Shown: piece by piece, positions 54,236-64,000 of the stretch
Layout: every line of letters starts with the position of its first letter
Position numbering within the stretch: the first letter of the stretch is position 1
Assembly (NCBI GenBank): GCA_016223245.1
Contig: JACRPL010000021.1
Coordinates: 37,725-101,724, forward strand
Length of the DNA: 64,000 nt
Direction of reading: 5' to 3'
Source: Candidatus Saganbacteria bacterium
GTDB taxonomy: Bacteria > Margulisbacteria > WOR-1 > XYC2-FULL-46-14 > XYC2-FULL-37-10
Position numbers and translations under genes: made by a program
Notes under the pieces: model-generated
What the model was told of the DNA's origin: nothing
The model's database searches: none
The model's input: the letters and a program-made list of their open reading frames with translations, nothing else

Positions 54236-55384
54236 TTGGTTCAAATTCCTTATGCGACGCAATGGATAGATGAAGAAGATGTAAAAGAGGTCATTGAAGT
54301 TCTGCGCTCGGGATATTTAACCCAGGGGCCCAGAATTGCCGAGTTCGAGAAAAAAGTAGCGGATTATTGTGGCGCAAAATACGCAGTTGTTGTCAATTCG
54401 GGCACTGCGGCGTTACATGCCGCCTGTTTTGCCGCCGGCATAAAACCTGGCGATGAAGTAATAACTTCGCCGATCACATTCGTTGCTTCAGCCAATTGCA
54501 TTTTGTATTGTGGCGGGAAGCCGGTGTTTGCGGATATCCAGGCCGACACCATTAATATTGATCCGAAAGAGATCGAGAAAAAGGTCGGCTCTAAAACGAA
54601 AGCGGTCATCCCGGTTCACTTTGCCGGCCATCCTTGTGACCTTGAAGAGATTGCCGATGTCGCCAAAAAGAAAAAATTGATTGTGATAGAGGATGCGGCG
54701 CATGCTTTGGGCGCAGAATATAAGGGCGCAAGAATCGGTTCTTGTAAATATTCTGATATGGCCATCTTCTGTTTTCATGCCACAAAGATTATTACTACTG
54801 GCGAAGGCGGGATGATATTAACAAATAATGAAGAATATTATAGAAAGCTGTTAATGTTCAGGACGCATGGAATTACAAGAGATCCTAAAATAATGAAAAA
54901 TAATAATGAAGGCGATTGGTATTATGAGATGCAATATCTTGGATATAACTATCGGCTCACAGATTTTCAGTGCGCATTGGGAATAAGACAGATGGATAAA
55001 CTGGAAGGATTTGTTGCCCGCCGAAGAGAGATCGCGGGCAAATATAATCAGGCCTTTAGAGATATAGATGGAATTGGGTTGCCGGTGGAAAAGGAGCAGG
55101 TCAAATCGTCTTGGCATCTTTATCCGATACAAATTAAGAACAATCGTCGGAAAGTTTTTGAAGATTTGCGGAGCGAAGGGATAGGGGGCAATGTTCATTA
55201 CATCCCGGTTTACCTGCAGCCGTATTATCAAAAGCTTGGTTATCGGCAAGGGCTTTGCCGTCTGGCTGAAGAATATTATTGGCAGTGCATCTCTCTGCCG
55301 ATGTATCCAAAACTAACTGATAGTGACCAGGACTATGTCATCAAGATATTTTGTGCGGTTTTGAGCTCGGTAAATATGAGGTGA
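54236..55384 (+). CDS. pseC: UDP-4-amino-4,6-dideoxy-sugar aminotransferase, PseC-like (DegT family)
   Basis: IPYATQWIDEEDVKEVIEVLRSGYLTQGP, and the PLP-Lys region FHATKIITTGEGG. Confidence 0.8.
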   Translation: MVQIPYATQWIDEEDVKEVIEVLRSGYLTQGPRIAEFEKKVADYCGAKYAVVVNSGTAALHAACFAAGIKPGDEVITSPITFVASANCILYCGGKPVFADIQADTINIDPKEIEKKVGSKTKAVIPVHFAGHPCDLEEIADVAKKKKLIVIEDAAHALGAEYKGARIGSCKYSDMAIFCFHATKIITTGEGGMILTNNEEYYRKLLMFRTHGITRDPKIMKNNNEGDWYYEMQYLGYNYRLTDFQCALGIRQMDKLEGFVARRREIAGKYNQAFRDIDGIGLPVEKEQVKSSWHLYPIQIKNNRRKVFEDLRSEGIGGNVHYIPVYLQPYYQKLGYRQGLCRLAEEYYWQCISLPMYPKLTDSDQDYVIKIFCAVLSSVNMR

Positions 55385-55387
55385 AGC

Positions 55388-56368
55388 ATGAGAAGCATGG
55401 AATTGGCGTCGCGTGATCTGTTATATTCTGTAGTCATTCCTGTCTATAATAGTGAAAAGACCATAGAAAATGTTTGTCGCAGGATCATTGACCTTTTCGA
55501 GGGGGTGCAAAAAAGATTCGAAATCATCCTTGTCAATGATGGCAGCCGGGATGGCTCGTGGCAGGCCATGCAAAAGCTCGTGTTTAATAGCCGGAAAATA
55601 AAAATAATAAACTTGATGCGGAACTTTGGCGAGCACAATGCAGTCATCGCAGGGCTAAATTATTCCCGAGGAGAATATGTTATTGTTATGGATGATGATG
55701 GGCAAAACCCGCCTGAAGAAATTGGCAGATTGATCAATAAAATGCACGAGGGCTATGATGTTGTTTTTGCCTATTACGAGACTATGAGACAGAGCTTATT
55801 AAGAAATCTGGGTAGTGCTTTTAATGACAAGATAGCCACAATCCTGTTAAGAAAACCGAAAGGCTTATATCTTTGCAGTTTTAAGATCATCAGTCGTGCG
55901 CTTGTTAATGAAGTCGTGAAATATGCAGGGCCATTTCCTTACATCGATGGGCTTATCTTTAGGAGCACGCATAATATCGGAACCGTTTTAGTTGACCACA
56001 AAGAACGGGCTTATGGCCATTCAAACTATACCATAGGTAAATTGGTCGCCCTGTGGTTGAATATGTTCACAAATTTTTCCATCCTTCCCTTAAGGATTGC
56101 AACATTAGTCGGCTTGTTATTCTCTATCATCGGTTTTGTCTCAGCCTTGTATTACGCCGTTGAGAAAATAGTCCATCCCGATTCATCTATCGGGTTTGCT
56201 ACATTGATTATTGCTATTTTGATGTTTTCCGGAATCCAGCTCTTGACCGTGGGTGTGATTGGTGAATATATCGGCCGATTGTTCATGTCGCTAAATCGTA
56301 CGCCCCAGTTTATCGTCAGGGAGATGAAAGGATTCCATGATATTCCAACTTCTGATTTTGGAGGCTGA
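55388..56368 (+). CDS. GT2 polyprenyl-phosphate sugar transferase (ArnC/GtrB-like)
   Basis: VVIPVYNSE, LVNDGSRD and MDDDGQNPPEE (DxD), plus two C-terminal TM helices. This is the ArnC/GtrB/DPM1 architecture. Confidence 0.8.
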   Translation: MRSMELASRDLLYSVVIPVYNSEKTIENVCRRIIDLFEGVQKRFEIILVNDGSRDGSWQAMQKLVFNSRKIKIINLMRNFGEHNAVIAGLNYSRGEYVIVMDDDGQNPPEEIGRLINKMHEGYDVVFAYYETMRQSLLRNLGSAFNDKIATILLRKPKGLYLCSFKIISRALVNEVVKYAGPFPYIDGLIFRSTHNIGTVLVDHKERAYGHSNYTIGKLVALWLNMFTNFSILPLRIATLVGLLFSIIGFVSALYYAVEKIVHPDSSIGFATLIIAILMFSGIQLLTVGVIGEYIGRLFMSLNRTPQFIVREMKGFHDIPTSDFGG

Positions 56369-56369
56369 C

Positions 56370-56786
56370 GTGGCTTTATTAGATAAAATCAACTGGCTCA
56401 AATTGCCTTCGGCAACCGATGTACGAGGTGTGCTGACGTCGATTGAAAGTGAAATTGACGCTCCGTTCATGATCAACCGAGTCTTTTATATGCATCACAT
56501 CGTTTCCGAAAGAGGCGGTCATGCGCATATGGATACGGACCAGATCGTGATCGCAGTGGCCGGGTCGTTCAAATTGTCTCTTTCTGATGGTGTTGATAAA
56601 AGAACATTCGTTCTGGACGATGCTAAAATTGGACTCTATATTCCGCGTCAGATCTTTATTAATATCAGTGATATTTCGCCCAACGCAGTTTGTCTCGTTT
56701 TAGCAAGTTCGCATTATGACATCAAAAGATCGATCCGGAGCTGGGATGATTATCTAAAATATCTTGGCTGTGAAAAAAAACAATAA
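56370..56786 (+). CDS. FdtA/WxcM-type NDP-sugar 3,4-ketoisomerase (cupin)
   Basis: ERGGHAH motif and cupin barrel. GTG 56370 with a GGAGG Shine-Dalgarno is preferred over ATG 56337, which overlaps the GT2 gene. Confidence 0.7.
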   Translation: MALLDKINWLKLPSATDVRGVLTSIESEIDAPFMINRVFYMHHIVSERGGHAHMDTDQIVIAVAGSFKLSLSDGVDKRTFVLDDAKIGLYIPRQIFINISDISPNAVCLVLASSHYDIKRSIRSWDDYLKYLGCEKKQ

Positions 56787-56789
56787 TAT

Positions 56790-58217
56790 ATGCCAAAGCC
56801 ATATCTTGATATTAATAATATCGATGGGAGTTTTTTGCAGTCAGCACTGTTGACGGGCAGCGAACTGCTCGGCCTCGGCGACTTTGAACGGTGGCTTGAA
56901 GCGCGGTATAAGGCGAGCGATTTTGAAGTTAGGCAGATACCATTCAATGAACTCGATAATTGGTATTTTGAGGAATCCCTCGGCAGCCTTATCCACAAAA
57001 GTGGGAAATTCTTTAAGATCGAAGGCTTGAGCGTCAAAACTAATTTCGGTCGCACCGCGGAATGGGAACAGCCGATCATCAACCAGCCGGAGATCGGAAT
57101 ACTGGGGATCATAACAAAGAAGATCAATAGCATCCGCTACTTTCTTATGCAGGCCAAAATGGAGCCCGGCAATATCAATACTATCCAATTATCACCGACT
57201 GTCCAGGCCACAAAAAGCAATTATATGCAAGTCCACGAGGGAAAAAAGCCTCTGTTCCTCAATTACTTTTTGGACCGGACTAAATCAAAAGTCCTGATCG
57301 ATCAACTGCAATCAGAGCAGGGGGCGAGATTTTTGCGTAAAAGGAACAGGAACATGGTTGTCGAGGTTGAGCAGGAACTGGATATCCCCGATGATTTTTG
57401 CTGGTTGACACTGGGGCAGATCAAGCAATTATTAGCGATTGATAATCTGGTCAACATGGATGCCAGATCGGTTTTGTCCACAATCCGGTTGTTCGACGGG
57501 TTGCCTGTCAGGGATATCCACTTCAATGCTTTACAGGTGTCTGAGTTTTCTCTTGACATTCTTCGCTCTCTAGTGGAAGACGGCCCATTGCACAGCCACA
57601 CCGAAATCTTGAGTTGGTTTACCGGCTTAAAAACGCAATATTTTTGCCAGGTCGAAAGCAAACCATTATTAAGCATCAGAAAATGGCGGCGCTCCGAATC
57701 GGAAATATTCCATGAGTCGGGGGGGCTCTTTTCCGTTATGGCGGTTTCGGTCAGCGCAGGAAACCGGGAAGTGAATAAATGGACGCAGCCGCTCATAAAA
57801 CAAAACGGCATTGGCATTGTGGGATTTGTCTGTAAAAAAATAAACGGTGTCTTGCATTTTCTGGTTCAGGCCAAAGTCGAAGCCGGATATATTGACATTA
57901 TTGAAATGGTCCCGACCCTTTCGATCTCAAACCTCAAAGCAAATATGGATGGCACTCAGCTTTTTGCAGAAATATTTATGGATCCGCCGCTGGAGCGGGT
58001 TCGATTTTCGGCTATTTTGTCCGAAGAAGGCGGTCGTTTTTACCATGCGCAGAACAGGTATATGATTGTTGAGGCGGCTGAAGGGGCAGACTTTGATCTC
58101 CCAGAAAATTATATTTGGATGACCCTGGGTCAATTGCTTGAGTTTGAGCAATACAGCAATTACGTCGCAATCGAGACACGAAGTTTGTTGTCATGCGTAA
58201 AATTGAAATGCTTGTGA
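56790..58217 (+). CDS. NDP-hexose 2,3-dehydratase (EvaA family, tandem Nudix-like domains)
   Basis: Two internal repeats (GILGIITKKINSIRYFLMQAKMEPGN... and GIVGFVCKKINGVLHFLVQAKVEAGY...), each followed by EQGARF/EEGGRF. Typical EvaA/TylX3 layout. Confidence 0.8.
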   Translation: MPKPYLDINNIDGSFLQSALLTGSELLGLGDFERWLEARYKASDFEVRQIPFNELDNWYFEESLGSLIHKSGKFFKIEGLSVKTNFGRTAEWEQPIINQPEIGILGIITKKINSIRYFLMQAKMEPGNINTIQLSPTVQATKSNYMQVHEGKKPLFLNYFLDRTKSKVLIDQLQSEQGARFLRKRNRNMVVEVEQELDIPDDFCWLTLGQIKQLLAIDNLVNMDARSVLSTIRLFDGLPVRDIHFNALQVSEFSLDILRSLVEDGPLHSHTEILSWFTGLKTQYFCQVESKPLLSIRKWRRSESEIFHESGGLFSVMAVSVSAGNREVNKWTQPLIKQNGIGIVGFVCKKINGVLHFLVQAKVEAGYIDIIEMVPTLSISNLKANMDGTQLFAEIFMDPPLERVRFSAILSEEGGRFYHAQNRYMIVEAAEGADFDLPENYIWMTLGQLLEFEQYSNYVAIETRSLLSCVKLKCL

Positions 58218-58230
58218 TAAGGGAGCAGAG

Positions 58231-59652
58231 ATGAATATATTGCTTGTTCGGCCGCCGGATTCGTTACAAAATGCGACCTTGTTAAGCCATACAAAACCAA
58301 TCAACCTTGCTTATATTGCGGCTTATCTGTTGCAGAAAGGCTTTAATGTCAAGATTATCGATTATGAAATACAGGCTTTTTCTAGCGAGGCCTTCTTGAA
58401 CATTTTGAGTGAGTTCAAGCCTGGAGTGATCGGCGTTTCATGTATGACCCCTACAATAAAGAATGGGGCTGCAATCTGTGAGCTAGCGAAACAACATGAT
58501 ATTAATATAAAAACCGTTGTAGGCGGAGTGCATGCAAATGGCCTTCCTGTAAGGACACTTGATGAATTTGATTCTTTCGATTATCTTGTTTATGGGGAGG
58601 GGGAGATCACATTTCATGAATTATGCTTGTGTTTTCAGGACAAAAAGAGCGTTGCAGAAGTAACTGGCATCGTCTATCGCGATGACAGAGGCGTGATCGT
58701 CAAAAATTCTCCCCGTGCATTAATCAAGGATTTGGATATTCTGCCTTTTCCGGCACGTGATTTGATCGATTTTGGACAACAAGTTGGACATTCATCAAGA
58801 GGTTTCACAAACAAAATAAGATCAGCCGAAATATTCACATCGCGTGGATGTCCTGTCGGGTGCACTTTTTGCGCTATCCAGGCGACTTTTGGCCGCATGG
58901 TCAGGTTTCGAAGCCCTGTTTATATCGAACGTGAGATCAAAGAATGTGTCGAGAAGTACGGGTGTAATCATATCGTCATTGCCGATGATACGTTTACGCT
59001 GATCAAGGAGCACGCGTTGAAAATTTGCGATATTTTAAAACGCTCTGGGATCAAGTCCTGGAATTGTGATACGAGGGTCAACACAGTTAGCGAAGAATTG
59101 CTTACTGCCATGAAAGACAGCGGTTGCCAAAAAGTTGCCTTTGGCGTAGAGTCGGGCAGCCAGAGGATCATTGATCTCATCGGGAAAAAGATTACGGTTG
59201 AACAGGTCAAAAATGCTGTATCACTGGCTAAAAAGGTTGGCATCAAACATATCGAAGGTAATTTTATTATCGGCAGCGACCCTTCAGAAACGCTGGAAGA
59301 CGTCGCCCAGACCAAAAAATTGATCAATTCTTTGTCCTGGACTTTTGTTTCAGTCACCGTGATCGTACCTTATCCTGGCACGCCTCTTTATGATTCAATG
59401 CAGGCGAAAGGCCTGTTAAAAGTTGAGGAGTGGGAAGATTTTGTTATGTTTGGCAAGGTGCCAAAATGGCGGACAGAAAATTTTACTGCAACAGAGTTGG
59501 TTGGCCTCCAGAAGGAGTTAACAAAATCATTTTATCTAAATCCAAAATATATCATTCGCCAGTTATTAGGCATAAGAACCATAAAAGATGTTCAATATTG
59601 GGCTAATGCAGGATTTTCGTATATTAAATGGTATTTAACGGGGAAGGTTTGA
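58231..59652 (+). CDS. B12-binding-domain radical SAM enzyme
   Basis: N-terminal cobalamin-binding Rossmann region (VIGVSCMTP), then the CxxxCxxC cluster RGCPVGCTFC. Confidence 0.85.
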   Translation: MNILLVRPPDSLQNATLLSHTKPINLAYIAAYLLQKGFNVKIIDYEIQAFSSEAFLNILSEFKPGVIGVSCMTPTIKNGAAICELAKQHDINIKTVVGGVHANGLPVRTLDEFDSFDYLVYGEGEITFHELCLCFQDKKSVAEVTGIVYRDDRGVIVKNSPRALIKDLDILPFPARDLIDFGQQVGHSSRGFTNKIRSAEIFTSRGCPVGCTFCAIQATFGRMVRFRSPVYIEREIKECVEKYGCNHIVIADDTFTLIKEHALKICDILKRSGIKSWNCDTRVNTVSEELLTAMKDSGCQKVAFGVESGSQRIIDLIGKKITVEQVKNAVSLAKKVGIKHIEGNFIIGSDPSETLEDVAQTKKLINSLSWTFVSVTVIVPYPGTPLYDSMQAKGLLKVEEWEDFVMFGKVPKWRTENFTATELVGLQKELTKSFYLNPKYIIRQLLGIRTIKDVQYWANAGFSYIKWYLTGKV

Positions 59653-59662
59653 ATTCAATAAA

Positions 59663-60625
59663 ATGATAATTTTGATCTTAGGCTATTCGAGGATCGCGCG
59701 GAAGAGGGTCATTCCGGCGTTAGCGCAAATCGACAATGTGAAGCAGGTCGAGGTGGCCTCCGTCTCGTCGGCCAATCGTGTGGTCTTGCCAGAAAAGATC
59801 GCTGGCGCGGTTTATAATGATTATGATGCTGCTCTATCTGCAAGTAAAGCTAACGTGGTTTATGTCTCAACTTTCAACGGCGACCACTCCCGACTTATCG
59901 AAAAAGCTCTCAAACGAGGTTTCCACGTGATCGTCGATAAACCAGCCATGACTGATTATCGTGATGCGAAAATGCTGGCAATCCTTGCACGCGAAAAACG
60001 GCTCTGCCTGGCCGAGGCAACCGCTTATGCCTTTCATCCGCAAATAATACAGGCAAAAAATATTTTTCTCGACGCCGACCGGCAGCCGAAACGTTTGACG
60101 GTAATCTTTACTTTTCCGCCAATCGACGCGAATGATTTCCGCTATGACAAGGATTTGGGCGGCGGCGCGCTGCTTGATCTTGGCCCGTACGCCGTCAGCA
60201 TTGGGCGGGTATTCTTTGAGGTAAAGCCGGACGAGGTATTTTGTCGACTGCTCTCTTTCGGCGGCAAAAACAATGTTGAGACAGCTTTCAGCCTGCTCGC
60301 GACTTATCCTGGCGGGCGGGCGATGGTCGGCCATTTTGGTTTTGATGCCGAATACAGGAATTACGTCAATATTTTGAGCGAGGGCGTCTCCCTGGAATTT
60401 GAGCGTGTTTTTACGATTCCTCATGATCAAGAAAATATCCTCAAGATCAAACAGGCTAACCAGCCAAAAGAGGTAAAAGCGACGGCGGGCGATTGTTTCG
60501 CCCTTTATTTAGATAATGTGCTGGCGGGCATTCGTAGCGGCGATTATCAGTATCACATCGACAATTTGTTGTCCGACGCCTATGTCTTGCAGCAATTGCG
60601 CCTAGCGGCAAATGGGGCAGCTTAA
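59663..60625 (+). CDS. Gfo/Idh/MocA-family oxidoreductase (candidate NDP-hexose 3-ketoreductase)
   Basis: N-terminal Rossmann fold, EKPMA-like VDKPAM motif, C-terminal alpha/beta domain. Noticeably higher GC than its neighbours. Confidence 0.7.
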   Translation: MIILILGYSRIARKRVIPALAQIDNVKQVEVASVSSANRVVLPEKIAGAVYNDYDAALSASKANVVYVSTFNGDHSRLIEKALKRGFHVIVDKPAMTDYRDAKMLAILAREKRLCLAEATAYAFHPQIIQAKNIFLDADRQPKRLTVIFTFPPIDANDFRYDKDLGGGALLDLGPYAVSIGRVFFEVKPDEVFCRLLSFGGKNNVETAFSLLATYPGGRAMVGHFGFDAEYRNYVNILSEGVSLEFERVFTIPHDQENILKIKQANQPKEVKATAGDCFALYLDNVLAGIRSGDYQYHIDNLLSDAYVLQQLRLAANGAA

Positions 60626-61735
60626 ATGACCATAAAAGTTTGGGATTACTTGGCAGAATACGACAGCGAGAAGACGGAAATCATGGCGGCTGTGGAAAAG
60701 GTTTTTTCATCCGGCCGGCTGATCCTGGGCCAGAATGTCCAGGATTTTGAGTCGGAGTTTTCAAAATATTGCGATGTAAGATTTGGTGTTGGTGTCAACA
60801 GTGGCACGGACGCCCTGTTTCTTGCTTTAAAGGCGATTGGCGTTGCGCAGGGGGATGAGGTGATCACGGTCGCCAATACCGCCGTGCCGACCGTTTCGGC
60901 CATCGTTTCGTCCGGTGCTCGTCCGGTTTTTGTTGATATCGATCCTGCGACTTATCTGATGGACACGGCACAGCTTGAGGACGCCGTCACGCCCAGGACG
61001 AAATGTATTATGCCGGTCCATTTGTTCGGGCAGTGCGTTAATATGGCCGCGGTACAAAAAGTTGCACAGGCACACGGCTTAAAAGTGATCGAAGATTGCG
61101 CGCAATCGCACGGTGCGATGTTTAAGAGTAAAAAAGCTGGTTCCCTCTCTGATTTGGCGGCCTTCTCGTTTTATCCCACCAAGATTCTAGGTGGTTTTGG
61201 CGACGGGGGGATGGTCATTACTGACAATCAGGAGTATTATGAAAGATTAAAAAGATTGAGATTCTATGGGATGGAAACGGCTTATTATTCCAAGGAACAT
61301 GGCTATAACTCCAGGCTTGACGAATTGCATGCTGCCATTCTTCTGTCTAAATTAAAGCATTTGGATGGCTATATCGCTCGCCGCAGGGAACTGGCAAAAA
61401 AATACGATGAGCTATTGAAGAATTCGGGTCTTGTCCTGCCGACCACCGCGGACGATAATTTCCACGCTTATTACCTTTATGTCTGTCGTCACGCCAAGCG
61501 GGATCAGATAATTGCGGGACTGAAGCAGAGGGATATTGTTGTCAACATCAGTTATCCCTGGCCGATCCATACGATGACCGGCTATGAATTCCTGGGTTAC
61601 AAGAGCGGGGATCTCCCGCAAACCGAAGCGGTTTGTAAAGAGGTATTTTCCTTGCCTATGTATCCTGCGCTGACCGACAATGAACTTGGCTCGGTCGTGT
61701 CGGCCTTGATAGAAATATTGCGAGACATTATTTGA
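60626..61735 (+). CDS. DegT/DnrJ/EryC1/StrS-family NDP-sugar aminotransferase
   Basis: NSGTDALFLAL, and the PLP-Lys region FSFYPTKILGGFGDGG. 369 aa. Confidence 0.88.
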   Translation: MTIKVWDYLAEYDSEKTEIMAAVEKVFSSGRLILGQNVQDFESEFSKYCDVRFGVGVNSGTDALFLALKAIGVAQGDEVITVANTAVPTVSAIVSSGARPVFVDIDPATYLMDTAQLEDAVTPRTKCIMPVHLFGQCVNMAAVQKVAQAHGLKVIEDCAQSHGAMFKSKKAGSLSDLAAFSFYPTKILGGFGDGGMVITDNQEYYERLKRLRFYGMETAYYSKEHGYNSRLDELHAAILLSKLKHLDGYIARRRELAKKYDELLKNSGLVLPTTADDNFHAYYLYVCRHAKRDQIIAGLKQRDIVVNISYPWPIHTMTGYEFLGYKSGDLPQTEAVCKEVFSLPMYPALTDNELGSVVSALIEILRDII

Positions 61736-61767
61736 TCCGAATTGATTATTGGCTGGGAGGTTGAATT

Positions 61768-62523
61768 ATGTTAGAAAAAGAATATGAAACAATGTATAAC
61801 GTTGAGGACAATCATTGGTGGTACGTTGGTATGCATAGAATATTTTTTGATATACTTAAAAAATATCTTTTTAATAGGGGGGAGAGAGGCCAAAATCTAA
61901 AAATCTTAGATGCAGGTTGTGGAACAGGGAAAGTGATGGAAAGCTTATCAAAATATGGAGAAACGCTGGGCATAGATTATTCAGAGTATGCTATTGTTTT
62001 TTGTAAAAAACGTGGATTTAATAGTGTTTTTCAATGCTCAATAGAAAAATTGCAATTCCCTGATGAATATTTTGATGTTATCACATGTTTTGATGTATTA
62101 TCTAATGTGGATGACAAGAAGGCACTTGATGAGCTTTATCGAGTTTGTAAACCTGGAGGTTTGATCTTAATTAATGTGGTTGCTTGGCAATCTTTATTTA
62201 GTACTCATGACATGGCTGTAGGCGTAAAAAGAAGATATTCAAAAAATGAATTGGAGGAAAAGATAAATAAATCCGGCCTTATTATCAAAAAAATCACTTA
62301 TCTTAATTGTTTTCTATTTCCACTAATAGCTTTAGTCAGGATTCTAAAAAAACGGATGATTAATGGTAATATTATTGAATCTGATTTAGTAATGCCCATT
62401 CCTATATTAAATTTCATCCTAACTCGCGTTTTATATTTAGAAGCATTTTTGGCAAGGAAAATTAATCTGCCGATTGGTCTTTCTCTTTTTTGTGTAGCTG
62501 AAAGGCAGCAAAAAGACAAATAA
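61768..62523 (+). CDS. Class I SAM-dependent methyltransferase
   Basis: Motif I ILDAGCGTGK and motif post-II CKPGGLILI. A C-terminal hydrophobic segment is present. Low GC. Confidence 0.85.
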   Translation: MLEKEYETMYNVEDNHWWYVGMHRIFFDILKKYLFNRGERGQNLKILDAGCGTGKVMESLSKYGETLGIDYSEYAIVFCKKRGFNSVFQCSIEKLQFPDEYFDVITCFDVLSNVDDKKALDELYRVCKPGGLILINVVAWQSLFSTHDMAVGVKRRYSKNELEEKINKSGLIIKKITYLNCFLFPLIALVRILKKRMINGNIIESDLVMPIPILNFILTRVLYLEAFLARKINLPIGLSLFCVAERQQKDK

Positions 62524-62537
62524 AAATAGAATAAATT

Positions 62538-64000
62538 ATGTACTCTGAGGCAAAAAATACTGTTTCATTCTTATCCGCCATTATTGCGTTAATAATGGCA
62601 ACTGTTTATTGCGTCCTCAGGCTCGGGTTCGATAATTCCGGCGATACCTCGTTGCTCTCCGTATTTAATATCCTGGCGCTCGGCTGGTTCGTTTTATTAT
62701 TGCCGGCCAATTTGCGGCGCGCCAGGTCGGTCCTTAAGATTAAAGAGATCGGCGGCTGGGCCGGCAACGACGCCTTTGTTTTACTGGTCGGCTTGTTTAT
62801 TGTCGCCGTCGCCGGCCTGTGGGTTTCGTTCGGCGGGTTAAGCCTTGCCCCGATCTTTGTGCCGGCCGGAATTATATTTTTCATCTTTAGTTTTTTCGAT
62901 TTCCTGAAACAAGCCAGGCTTTTTTATCTTGTCATCACGACATTGTTCGCGGTCTTTTATGCCCTGTGGATCGCCGGTTTGATCTGGGGTTCCGGCGTCT
63001 TTGACCCTCTTTTTCTTGAAAGGATATTTACCGGCGTGGGTTATGTCGATGTACTATTCCATGCTTCGATAGTCGGCATGATCAAAACATACGGCCTGGT
63101 TTCAACCGGTTTGGACGGTCTGCCCTTTGTCGGTTTTCATTTCGGCAGCCACTGGCTGTACGCCCAGTTTGCCGGCCTGTTAAGGATGCGAGCGATAACT
63201 TTTTATCAATTGGGTTTTCCTGTAATCTTTCTCCCGCTCATGACCAATGTTTTCATGTTGACGGCACTCTATTTTAGGAATATCGTGTCGCCTAAAAATG
63301 TCTTTGAGATCGCGAAAGACTATTGGTTTTGGATCTTTTTTATCGCTCTTCAAATCGGCATTTTCCCGATGCGCCTTTATTCAGAAATGAGCGCGATCGT
63401 CTGGTACAGGCGCTACGGCAGTGATTCTTATTCGCTTTCGCTTACACTTTTCCTGCTCTTATTTATGCTCTGCGGTCATTTTTGGCAGGAGAGAGAAAAG
63501 AATAAATTTTCCGAGGTTTTGTTCTTAATCGTCGTTGTGCCGCTGTTTTTGGGATTGATTGCCATAACCAAGCTCTTCACCGGGTTTCTGGTTACTGCCC
63601 TAGGCCTTTATCTTTTTATCCGGCTTGGCTTGTACAAAAAAGCGTTGTATAATGCGAGCTGTTGTCTGGGGCTTCTAGCGACATACCTGGCTTATAATAT
63701 CTCTTCCGGCATGCATACTGGCATGGTTTCCGCCGGCCGGGCGATCGCTTTGAAACCGTTCTATAGCATTTACTCCATGCCCTTAGTTCTGCTCCCGTTC
63801 TATCCTGTCTTTTTTTACTTGTTCCCATTGATATTAATCATTTTCAGGCTGCACCAGATGAAGATTGGCACGCTGGGGCAGTTTTTTTGTGCTGTGAAAG
63901 CCAAGCAAATGATCGACATCGAAATTGTTCTGGCGTTAAGCGTCATTGGTTTCATTCCCGCTGCGATGTTTTATATACCCGACGGCAGCGGCCTGTATCT
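62538..64000 (+). CDS. Large polytopic membrane protein, partial (candidate glycan polymerase or GT-C glycosyltransferase)
   Basis: I hand-translated from ATG 62538 and the frame stays open to the window end (over 480 codons). At least 10 hydrophobic segments. High GC. Not in the ORF track because it has no stop. Confidence 0.6.
   Translation, partial: MYSEAKNTVSFLSAIIALIMATVYCVLRLGFDNSGDTSLLSVFNILALGWFVLLLPANLRRARSVLKIKEIGGWAGNDAFVLLVGLFIVAVAGLWVSFGGLSLAPIFVPAGIIFFIFSFFDFLKQARLFYLVITTLFAVFYALWIAGLIWGSGVFDPLFLERIFTGVGYVDVLFHASIVGMIKTYGLVSTGLDGLPFVGFHFGSHWLYAQFAGLLRMRAITFYQLGFPVIFLPLMTNVFMLTALYFRNIVSPKNVFEIAKDYWFWIFFIALQIGIFPMRLYSEMSAIVWYRRYGSDSYSLSLTLFLLLFMLCGHFWQEREKNKFSEVLFLIVVVPLFLGLIAITKLFTGFLVTALGLYLFIRLGLYKKALYNASCCLGLLATYLAYNISSGMHTGMVSAGRAIALKPFYSIYSMPLVLLPFYPVFFYLFPLILIIFRLHQMKIGTLGQFFCAVKAKQMIDIEIVLALSVIGFIPAAMFYIPDGSGLY

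Noticed and set aside
59867-60430. 187-aa minus-strand ORF (and similar ones at 60646-61075)
   Set aside because: These are antisense ORFs typical of higher-GC segments. The plus-strand frames carry Gfo/Idh/MocA and DegT motifs.

Overview
AT-rich window (about 40% GC by eye) from the chromosome of a diderm bacterium of uncultivated type. It encodes LptB/LptF/LptD, the Lgt-LspA-Lnt lipoprotein pathway, SepF and a DUF3084-like protein. A lineage near the cyanobacteria-sister candidate phyla is only a low-confidence guess. I count about 60 genes. The left three quarters is mostly housekeeping: plsY fragment, initiator tRNA-fMet, ppsA, a frameshift-split rpoN followed by an NtrC-type activator, ahcY, lspA-lgt-rluD, coaX, lysS, metF, tldD, polA, rpsB-tsf, yggS-sepF-proC, relA/spoT, trpD, lptB-lptF, lnt, lptD, murE. 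The right end (49.1-64 kb) is a compositionally mosaic surface-glycan island. It holds Wza/Wzz, PseB/PseC, an ArnC/GtrB-like GT2, and an antibiotic-style deoxy-aminosugar set (3,4-ketoisomerase, 2,3-dehydratase, B12-radical SAM, 3-ketoreductase, aminotransferase, methyltransferase). Most unusual observations: (1) an orphan minus-strand locus at 25.2-30.9 kb with a HEAT-ADP-ribosylglycohydrolase fusion, a 1091-aa protein with a nucleosidase-like C-terminus, and a coupled 200-aa protein; (2) a 945-aa ORF whose last ~250 aa are a sigma-70 factor; (3) a 68-nt leader that is near-identical (1 mismatch) upstream of two orphan genes, plus a CGATATATAT box at the 5' ends of four genes including the giant sigma and the orphan locus; (4) an MNT/HEPN toxin-antitoxin cassette inserted at the polA start codon, flanked by 65-bp direct repeats and leaving a fossil polA start; (5) several families of short repeats and hairpins that sit in frame inside conserved enzymes. 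No rRNA, CRISPR array, transposase or integrase was seen.
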